Notes under the pieces: generated by a model
Databases searched by the model: none
Told to the model about the DNA's origin: nothing
Seen by the model: the letters and a program-made list of their open reading frames with translations, nothing else
Part shown: piece by piece, positions 27,970-34,803 of the stretch
Layout: each line of letters opens with the position of its first letter
Position numbering within the stretch: position 1 is the stretch's first letter
NCBI GenBank assembly: GCA_049903315.1
Contig: JBNGBT010000015.1
Span: forward strand, 1 to 34,803
Length of the DNA: 34,803 nt
From: Candidatus Cloacimonadota bacterium
GTDB lineage: Bacteria > Cloacimonadota > Cloacimonadia > JGIOTU-2
Reading direction: 5' to 3'
Position numbers and translations under genes: made by a program

Positions 27970-29235
27970 TCATTCTCCTTTTTCTGCATAAAATTTAATT
28001 AAGACATCTGCAACTGGTTTTCTCATTATTCGAGGATCAAGATCTTCTCCAGCATGTAATTTTCTTCTTACTTCTTTGCCAGAAATACTAACAGGATGGT
28101 ATCCTTTCGGAGAATACTCATTAATCAAACCGACTCTGTTGATTTCTTCAAAGAATGCCGCAAAACCGACATTTACGGGCTGGACTTGTAGTTCACCTTT
28201 TAAGTTCTTAAATATTTCCTGTGCATCGAAATCCCCCCACGCAGGAGTACCGTCATCGAAGGGAGCATCAGCATGTTTTCTTCCAATGATAATATCTGTA
28301 AAACCAAAGTTTTGTCTGTATATCGCATGCATTATCGCTTCTTTAGGACCGGCATAGAACATTTTCACATCCATCCCTACAAGCATGAGATGATCTTTGA
28401 AAATCATGCCTTTTGTGTTCCAAAGCTCTTCATCGCGGTCACCTTCTCCAATAATGCCATTATTGATGAGTACTTCATAAGTTTTCATCCGAACATCAGC
28501 AGGCACGTCATCAGATTTTGTCGCCCCAACAAGTGGATTAAGTACAGCACCTGCATTATACCCTTTTCTGATAAGGGTCTCCAGTCCATACACCAATGCA
28601 TATTCATGAGCTCTATGCAGAGGATTTCTTGTTTGAAAGGCGACAATTCGCTCCCATCCTTTATCCTTGAACAGCTTCCTTGTTTCTTCTGGAGGATACA
28701 TATACTTCTCGTAGTAATGAGTATGTTTATGTTCCAAAGCCCAAATCTCACCACCGAGCAAGAAATCCCTTGGATCATCGTTCACTATTCTTGGGCCAGG
28801 ATGATCATTTCGGTCAGTTCTATAAACTGAAAGATTGTATTTGTCCTTGTCGAAATAAAATATATCTGATATTTTTAATGAACCAACAAACTCACCGTTT
28901 TCATTTTTAATGGCGACAGTTTCACCAATCCGCAATTTATCACTCTCGTCTTTGAAGATTGGAAAAGAGATTGGGATAGTCCATGCAAATTTTTTACCAT
29001 TTCTTTCGATAACTTCTTCATTAAGAACTTTATCAAATGCTTTTTCATCCATAGGACCAACAAGAGGGGAGAGCAGTCCATTTGCAATGCTGTAAAACAT
29101 CGAAAGATCAGCATCACTGATAGTATAGACTTTTTTATCCTCTAAAGAATTAATAAAATCCTTTTCCTTATTTTCTGGAATGATTCGATTCATCAATCCC
29201 ATTCCGCCGTGAGGTTCAGGTAATTTCTGTGCCAT
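27970..29235 (-). CDS. sat: Sulfate adenylyltransferase (Sat-type ATP sulfurylase)
   Basis: [42 protein letters not shown] and GRKHA motifs. Start [11 protein letters not shown] at 29235 with SD AAGGA. Confidence 0.96.
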   Translation of the reverse strand: MAQKLPEPHGGMGLMNRIIPENKEKDFINSLEDKKVYTISDADLSMFYSIANGLLSPLVGPMDEKAFDKVLNEEVIERNGKKFAWTIPISFPIFKDESDKLRIGETVAIKNENGEFVGSLKISDIFYFDKDKYNLSVYRTDRNDHPGPRIVNDDPRDFLLGGEIWALEHKHTHYYEKYMYPPEETRKLFKDKGWERIVAFQTRNPLHRAHEYALVYGLETLIRKGYNAGAVLNPLVGATKSDDVPADVRMKTYEVLINNGIIGEGDRDEELWNTKGMIFKDHLMLVGMDVKMFYAGPKEAIMHAIYRQNFGFTDIIIGRKHADAPFDDGTPAWGDFDAQEIFKNLKGELQVQPVNVGFAAFFEEINRVGLINEYSPKGYHPVSISGKEVRRKLHAGEDLDPRIMRKPVADVLIKFYAEKGE

Positions 29236-29254
29236 AATTAATTTTCCTTTTGTT

Positions 29255-30088
29255 TTATTTGATATAAAGTTTTCCAAGAGTTAATAATCCGAGACCAATT
29301 GTAACGATTGCAATGATTAATCGCAATTTATCTGTCTTCATTTTCTTCACAGTTATTCCAGCCAATGGTACTGAAAGCATACCTCCAAACACAAGGAAAG
29401 GTGCTAACGTCCAATCAATTGTTTGATTCATAGATAAGTACATAATCAAACCAACAAGGCATGTTAAGCCCTCAGCAAAAGAAGTAATACCAATTGCATT
29501 TTTCCCATTTACACCAGAAAGAAGCTGTCCGCTTGTAACAACTGGTCCATATCCACCCCCACTCATGCCTTTATTAAAAGAAGCAACGACACTGAGTCCT
29601 ACGATTTTTTTCCATGAGAACTTATATATTTTTTTATTTGTGATAAGTATTAATATTCCCATGGTGAGAATAAGCAATCCAATATAAAGCTTCACATAAA
29701 ATTTGGGCAAACTCACAGCTATGAGCACAGCCCCAACTGTACCAACGATACTGCATGCTGCGATTAATAGAGATATCTTTAGATGATGTGGAAGATAACT
29801 CTTAAGATTGCTTATAAAGTTAACCTGGCTGTTTTTCACGTTTAATGTGCGGTGTGGTAGTAAATTCACATTACCCATTTTACTATGAATAAGACCTGCA
29901 AAAATTCCCGTAAAAAGTTCTGATAATAAAATACAGGGCACGATCTGCATGGGTTGATACCCGAGTAATAATAGAATAGGGGTCAATGATGTGCCGTACC
30001 CCATTCCTAACGTTGAGTCGAAATATTCGGCAACAAATGCCATAAATACAACCGGCAAACCTATCTGAAGAATAAAAGTCCATTCCAT
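29255..30088 (-). CDS. TauE/SafE (TSUP) family sulfur-compound transporter
   Basis: DSTLGMGYG and SGGGYGP repeats; about 8 TM segments. Confidence 0.9.
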   Translation of the reverse strand: MEWTFILQIGLPVVFMAFVAEYFDSTLGMGYGTSLTPILLLLGYQPMQIVPCILLSELFTGIFAGLIHSKMGNVNLLPHRTLNVKNSQVNFISNLKSYLPHHLKISLLIAACSIVGTVGAVLIAVSLPKFYVKLYIGLLILTMGILILITNKKIYKFSWKKIVGLSVVASFNKGMSGGGYGPVVTSGQLLSGVNGKNAIGITSFAEGLTCLVGLIMYLSMNQTIDWTLAPFLVFGGMLSVPLAGITVKKMKTDKLRLIIAIVTIGLGLLTLGKLYIK

Positions 30089-30136
30089 TACATTCTCCTC
30101 TTTGATTTATCTCACTCAAAGACGAGAAATTTCTTT

Positions 30137-30177
30137 TGTCAAGTTTGTCTATATACTTTATCATTATTATAGACTAT
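30137..30177 (-). promoter_or_regulatory. tauE-sat-cysC promoter (-35 TTGACA) with an adjacent palindromic candidate Rrf2 operator
   Basis: TTGACA at 30142-30137. Immediately upstream are GTCTATA-N14-TATAGAC (30147-30174) and the overlapping ATACTTTAT-N7-ATAGACTAT (30153-30177). Confidence 0.55.
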
Positions 30178-30182
30178 AATAC

Positions 30183-30584
30183 CTATATTAAATCCTTTAA
30201 GGTTGTACTCTCGAGTCTTTGAGATGCGTAATCTCTAATATTCCTTAATAGATTTTTCAGTTTCGGACACCTCTCAATCGGGCTTTCTTCATAAAAATGC
30301 AGACTCACTGAAACGACCGGAGCAAGCGGTCCGTCTATGCTCCTGAAAACTTCTGCGGTGGTAATCTCAGATGGATCTTTTGATAACTTATATCCACCAC
30401 TCGGACCACGAACGCTTTTCACATATCCCGACTGCTTCAATAAAATGAGTATTTGTTCCAGAAATTTCTGCGGTGTATTATTTTCCTCTGCAATGTAACT
30501 TATGGTGACCAATCTACTATTATAATTCTTTGCAAGTGTGACCAGTGCAAGTAATGCATATTCACTTTTTCTTGAGAGTCTCAT
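30183..30584 (-). CDS. Rrf2 family transcriptional regulator, CymR-like (no Fe-S Cys triad)
   Basis: SRKSEYAL, FLEQIL, VKSVRGPSGGYKL and DGPLAP motifs; only one Cys. Confidence 0.92.
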   Translation of the reverse strand: MRLSRKSEYALLALVTLAKNYNSRLVTISYIAEENNTPQKFLEQILILLKQSGYVKSVRGPSGGYKLSKDPSEITTAEVFRSIDGPLAPVVSVSLHFYEESPIERCPKLKNLLRNIRDYASQRLESTTLKDLI

Positions 30585-30585
30585 A

Positions 30586-31404
30586 TTATTTTTCTACCTC
30601 TTGAATGAATGGCAGTAGAAGCTCATCTTCTACAGTCATACCCAGTTTTATATGCGGTTTCGTGGATCCGTGGAAATCTGAACCTGCTGTAATCAACAAA
30701 CTATATTTATCTGCAATATATTTATAAAATTTAACCTGATCACGAGTGTGTTGAGAATAAAATACTTCTATACCCATCAATCCAAAAACTGTGAGTTCCA
30801 CAATTAGTTCTTCTAATTTATCATTGCTCAGCTTTGTTTGATATGGATGTGCAATTACAGGAATCCCACCTGCATTAAGGATAAGCTGTATTGCCTTCTT
30901 TGGTTGCAGCCTTTTCTTATTCATATATAGCGGTTTACCCTTGTCGAGATACTTGTCAAAGGCTTCTTGATAGGAGCTTACATATCCTTTCCTTGCAAAA
31001 AGGTTAGCAAAATGAGGTCTACCAATCAGTTCTCCACCTGCTTCCTTTTCCAATTCTTCAAGTGTAACATCGAAACCGAGTGCTTTCATATTCTCTATCA
31101 TTTTTTTATTCCGGTTTAGACGGAAATGTTGTAATTCTTCAAGTGTGCTATTAAGTTCAGCATTCTCTGGATCAAATCCATAGCCAAGAATGTGAAGGGT
31201 TTTGGGAAATTCTGCACTTATCTCAACACCATTGATAAAAATGAGTTCGTCTGGAATCGACGTGATCTGCGATAAACCATCAATAGTATCATGGTCTGTA
31301 AGAGATAAATATTTAAGTTGTTTTTTTGCAGCTTCAAGAACAAGACCTTCTGGAGAAAAGGTCCCATCAGAAGCGGTGCTGTGTGTGTGTAGATCTAGTA
31401 GCAT
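30586..31404 (-). CDS. PHP-domain phosphoesterase (TrpH/YciV-like), probable 3',5'-nucleoside bisphosphate (PAP) phosphatase
   Basis: DLHTHSTASDG, TDHDT, GVEIS, HILGY, GRPHFA, AHP and GSDFHG motifs. The substrate is inferred from context. Confidence 0.88.
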   Translation of the reverse strand: MLLDLHTHSTASDGTFSPEGLVLEAAKKQLKYLSLTDHDTIDGLSQITSIPDELIFINGVEISAEFPKTLHILGYGFDPENAELNSTLEELQHFRLNRNKKMIENMKALGFDVTLEELEKEAGGELIGRPHFANLFARKGYVSSYQEAFDKYLDKGKPLYMNKKRLQPKKAIQLILNAGGIPVIAHPYQTKLSNDKLEELIVELTVFGLMGIEVFYSQHTRDQVKFYKYIADKYSLLITAGSDFHGSTKPHIKLGMTVEDELLLPFIQEVEK

Positions 31405-31497
31405 TTATTTTTCCTTATGCACTTCGTGCCTCTCACTTACATTTCCAAAATTCTGTAACTGACTTAATGCAAGACTGTTATATTATTGATGTATTAA

Positions 31498-32679
31498 TTA
31501 TTTGCTATTTTGAAGTTTATTGAATTCTTTTTTGAGAACATCCGCTTTATCAGTTTTTTCCCATGTAAAATCAGGTTCATTTCTTCCAAAATGACCGTAA
31601 GCAGCAGTTTTCTCAAAGATAGGTCTTTGGAGGTTGAGATGTGCAATAATGCCCTGTGGTGTCAAGGGGAAATGCTTTCTTACAAGTTTAAGAATTTGTT
31701 CATTATCAAGTTTACCTGTGCTAAATGTGTCCACCCATAGACTCAGTGGTTCAGCGATACCAATAGCATATGAAATCTCAATCTCGAAGCAATCTGCAAT
31801 ACCTGCAGCGACAATATTTTTTGCTATGTATCGCGCCATATAAGCTGCACTGCGATCAACTTTGGACGGATCCTTTCCTGAGAATGCACCACCACCATGA
31901 CGACCCATTCCACCATACGTATCCACTATGATCTTTCTCCCGGTCAAGCCTGCATCTGCCTGAGGTCCACCAATTACAAACTCTCCAGTAGGATTAATGA
32001 GGAAAACAGTCTTATTATCAAGATAATCCCCGCAAACGGGTTTTATTACATGTTCTATAATATCTTTTCTGATTCGCTCTTTCTCAATACCTCCAGCATG
32101 CTGATTTGACACAACAATTGTATGTACTCGCTTAGGAACGTTGCCATCATACTCAACCGTCACTTGTGACTTTCCATCAGGTCCTAAATATGGAATAATC
32201 CCATTCTTCCGCACCTCAGAAAGTTTTTTTGTTAATTTATGAGCAAACATAATTGGCATGGGCATAAGTTCTTCGGTTTCTGTACAAGCATAACCAAACA
32301 TCATTCCCTGATCTCCGGCTCCCTGCATATGACGAGTTAATTTGTCGGCATTCACTCCAATAGCTATGTCGTGTGATTGAGGAATGATACTACAAAACAC
32401 TCCGCAATTCTCATAATCAATCCCAAGTTTGCTATGATCGTAACCAATCTTTTGTAGAGTATTTCGAACAATTTTATCTATGTCAACAAAGCCCTTTGTG
32501 GTAATTTCTCCAAATACCCAGACTGCCCCGTTCTTGACCGCAGTTTCAGCAGCAACCCTCGAGTTTTTGTCTTGACGAAGGCATTCATCAAGAATCGCAT
32601 CGCTTATCTGGTCACATATTTTATCAGGGTGTCCTTCTGTCACAGATTCTGAACTAAAAAGATATTTATTTTGATTCAT
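31498..32679 (-). CDS. metK: S-adenosylmethionine synthetase
   Basis: [24 protein letters not shown] and [25 protein letters not shown] motifs. Confidence 0.99.
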   Translation of the reverse strand: MNQNKYLFSSESVTEGHPDKICDQISDAILDECLRQDKNSRVAAETAVKNGAVWVFGEITTKGFVDIDKIVRNTLQKIGYDHSKLGIDYENCGVFCSIIPQSHDIAIGVNADKLTRHMQGAGDQGMMFGYACTETEELMPMPIMFAHKLTKKLSEVRKNGIIPYLGPDGKSQVTVEYDGNVPKRVHTIVVSNQHAGGIEKERIRKDIIEHVIKPVCGDYLDNKTVFLINPTGEFVIGGPQADAGLTGRKIIVDTYGGMGRHGGGAFSGKDPSKVDRSAAYMARYIAKNIVAAGIADCFEIEISYAIGIAEPLSLWVDTFSTGKLDNEQILKLVRKHFPLTPQGIIAHLNLQRPIFEKTAAYGHFGRNEPDFTWEKTDKADVLKKEFNKLQNSK

Positions 32680-32694
32680 TCAAAACAGCCTTTC

Positions 32695-34110
32695 TTAATA
32701 CCTATAGTGTTCTGGTTTATAAGGTCCTTCAACCGGAACATCAATATATCTTGCCTGCTCATCAGTCAAATGGGTTAATTTTACATTAATTTTATTAAGA
32801 TGCAAACGGGCGACTTCTTCATCAAGTTTTTTTGGTAATCTATACACTTTTTCCTCATAATTATTTTTCCACAATTCTATCTGCGCTAGAACCTGGTTGG
32901 TGAAAGAATTGCTCATAACAAATGAAGGATGTCCTGTTGCATTTCCAAGGTTGACCAATCTCCCTTCTGAGAGAAGGATTATTGAATGACTATCAGGAAA
33001 TTGTATTTCATCAACCTGTGGTTTGATGTTCACTTTTTTAACACCCGGAGTTTCATACAAGTCATCCACCTGTATCTCGTTATCAAAATGTCCAATATTG
33101 CAGACTATTGCTTTATCTTTCATCTTTTGCATATGATCTGCACGTATCACATCCCTGTTTCCTGTAGCAGTGACAAAGATATCTCCTTCTTGGATAACAT
33201 CCTCCAGAACTGTAACCTTGAATCCTTCCATGGCTGCTTGGAGAGCACAGATGGGATCGATCTCAGTTATGATGACTCGTGCCCCAAAGCCCTTCATGGA
33301 TTGCGCACACCCCTTGCCCACATCACCGTAACCGCAAACAACGACCACTTTGCCTGCAACCATGATATCAGTTGCGCGCTTTATTCCATCTGCAAGTGAT
33401 TCCCTGCAACCATAGAGATTATCAAATTTAGATTTTGTTACCGAGTCATTTACATTTATCGCAGGAAATAGTAATTTTTTATCTTTCATCATCTGGTAAA
33501 GCCGGTGAACACCTGTGGTGGTTTCTTCGCTCACACCTTTAATACTCTTTGCAATCTTATGCCAGCGTTCCGGATATTCAACAATGTCTTCTAAGATAGT
33601 TCGATGAAGAATACCAAGTTCTCTACTTGATGTATCGGGCTTAGGAATTGTACCGGTTTTATTGTAATCATTTTCTAATCTTACGCCTTCATGAATAAAT
33701 AAAGTTGCGTCTCCGCCATCATCCACAATAAGATCAGGTCCTTCTTGGTCTCCGAATAAAAGGGCTTGCTTTGTGCACCACCAGTATTCCTCAAGGGTTT
33801 CACCTTTCCAGGCAAATACTGGAATGCCATCTTTGACTATAGCTGCTGCAGCATGGTCCTGTGTGGAAAAAATATTGCATGAAGCCCATCTTACTTCCGC
33901 ACCCAGTGCAACAAGCGTCTCTATTAAAACTGCCGTCTGTATAGTCATATGAAGACTGCCTGTTATTCGTGCTCCATTAAAAGGTCTATCTTTTGAATAC
34001 TTTTCCCTAAGTGCCATCAAACCAGGCATCTCAATCTCTGCCAGCTCTATCTCTTTTCTGCCAAACCCTGATAAAGTTTTGTCTTTTATTTTGTATTCTA
34101 TATTTCTCAT
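32695..34110 (-). CDS. ahcY: Adenosylhomocysteinase
   Basis: [40 protein letters not shown] and [17 protein letters not shown] motifs. Confidence 0.99.
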   Translation of the reverse strand: MRNIEYKIKDKTLSGFGRKEIELAEIEMPGLMALREKYSKDRPFNGARITGSLHMTIQTAVLIETLVALGAEVRWASCNIFSTQDHAAAAIVKDGIPVFAWKGETLEEYWWCTKQALLFGDQEGPDLIVDDGGDATLFIHEGVRLENDYNKTGTIPKPDTSSRELGILHRTILEDIVEYPERWHKIAKSIKGVSEETTTGVHRLYQMMKDKKLLFPAINVNDSVTKSKFDNLYGCRESLADGIKRATDIMVAGKVVVVCGYGDVGKGCAQSMKGFGARVIITEIDPICALQAAMEGFKVTVLEDVIQEGDIFVTATGNRDVIRADHMQKMKDKAIVCNIGHFDNEIQVDDLYETPGVKKVNIKPQVDEIQFPDSHSIILLSEGRLVNLGNATGHPSFVMSNSFTNQVLAQIELWKNNYEEKVYRLPKKLDEEVARLHLNKINVKLTHLTDEQARYIDVPVEGPYKPEHYRY

Positions 34111-34146
34111 GTCTGCAATATAAGGTATCTGGTTATTATTTGTAAA
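34111..34146 (-). promoter_or_regulatory. Putative promoter giving a leaderless ahcY transcript
   Basis: TTTACA-N18-TATATT-GCAGAC-ATG; no SD. Confidence 0.5.
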
Positions 34147-34326
34147 TAATTTTAAAGAAAAAAAAAGATTGAAATCAGAGTAAAGGAAAAGATGAAGGTT
34201 TTATTAGATTTATTTTTCCTTTAATGTAATTTCCCATAAAGAAGCTTTGTTGTTTTAAAAGGGATAACAATTCAGCACACCTTTAAAACTTACTATGCTT
34301 TTTATGTAAATTTTTACTTTTTAGAA

Positions 34327-34635
34327 TTAATTATCAATCTCAATAAATTTCTTTTCTTTTCTTTCTGCTGCAGGTATACGTATTCGATGCCCTCTTCGAT
34401 TGAGTTCGGATTCTTCATTTTTAGGACCAATATTATCACCAGGATTATCGGGATCTTCAGGATCTTCAAAGGTAATGACCAAAAACTCATCAAAGAAAGA
34501 CATGACACTATCCCAATATAATTCATCTTTTTCTGAGGTTGGTTCAATATAGGAGTCAAAAGCAAAGATCGTAGAAGAAAGAAAAATACTAGAAGTGAAA
34601 ATTAATACTATTATTACATATGCGTTCTTTTTCAT
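34327..34635 (-). CDS. Hypothetical secreted/membrane-anchored small protein with an acidic EDP-DNP repeats segment
   Basis: MKK followed by a hydrophobic signal; EDPEDPDNPGDN low-complexity segment; TTGACA about 50 nt upstream. Confidence 0.55.
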   Translation of the reverse strand: MKKNAYVIIVLIFTSSIFLSSTIFAFDSYIEPTSEKDELYWDSVMSFFDEFLVITFEDPEDPDNPGDNIGPKNEESELNRRGHRIRIPAAERKEKKFIEIDN

Positions 34636-34803
34636 TTTTTTTCTTTATATAATTATTTTTTTGATATTTGATTCAGACAAATTTCTTTGTCAACAAAAAA
34701 TGAAATAAAATCAAAATTTAATCATTTTATATGTAAGATTTTCACGCGTTGTTTACACTTTTAGGGAAGAAATATGCTATTAATTTCTCCATTGGTGTTA
34801 ACT

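Noticed and set aside
27362..30088. Dissimilatory sulfate reduction
   Set aside because: sat is paired with cysC; no aprAB, qmo or dsr genes are in the window.
34111..34326. SAM or SAH riboswitch upstream of ahcY-metK
   Set aside because: The region is very AT-rich with no recognisable aptamer consensus, and the apparent promoter abuts the start codon.
3273..34565. Numerous short antisense or alternate-frame ORFs (e.g. 11299..11820, 23508..23948, 25331..25849, 28273..28830, 34314..34565)
   Set aside because: They overlap well-supported genes and show no motifs or SDs; shadow ORFs.
1..34803. CRISPR arrays, rRNA, IS transposases, defence genes
   Set aside because: No regularly spaced repeats or diagnostic motifs were seen by eye.

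Overview
AT-rich bacterial chromosomal window from a probable diderm. Gene content and protein style suggest Cloacimonadota or another FCB-type lineage; this is inference, not database-verified. Bases 1-~2920 look like the right end of an integrative element abutting a tRNA-Pro(GGG)/tRNA-His(GTG) pair. This end carries an intact tyrosine-recombinase-fold protein lacking most canonical catalytic residues and a 36-codon ORF. Next come a ~120-nt leader (pseudoknot, switchable anti-SD hairpin, triple GATC) and a large serine recombinase whose last ~21 codons are read antisense through tRNA-His. The rest looks like host DNA. It includes a phytol/dolichol-kinase-like + C45 hydrolase + DUF3795 operon, where the last gene has an in-frame TAG. 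It also includes DUF47-PiT-pgk, hisS-epimerase-aspS, 7TM-HD/ybeY/CBS-CorC/DUF3108, a LysM protein with a coiled-coil lipoprotein, GT2/flippase-like genes and a tail-less SSB. The window ends with a co-oriented block ahcY-metK / PHP-rrf2 / tauE-sat-cysC / Ntn-hydrolase / SLC13, which couples SAM and PAPS synthesis with removal of their by-products. All family calls are from motif recognition by eye; no searches were run.
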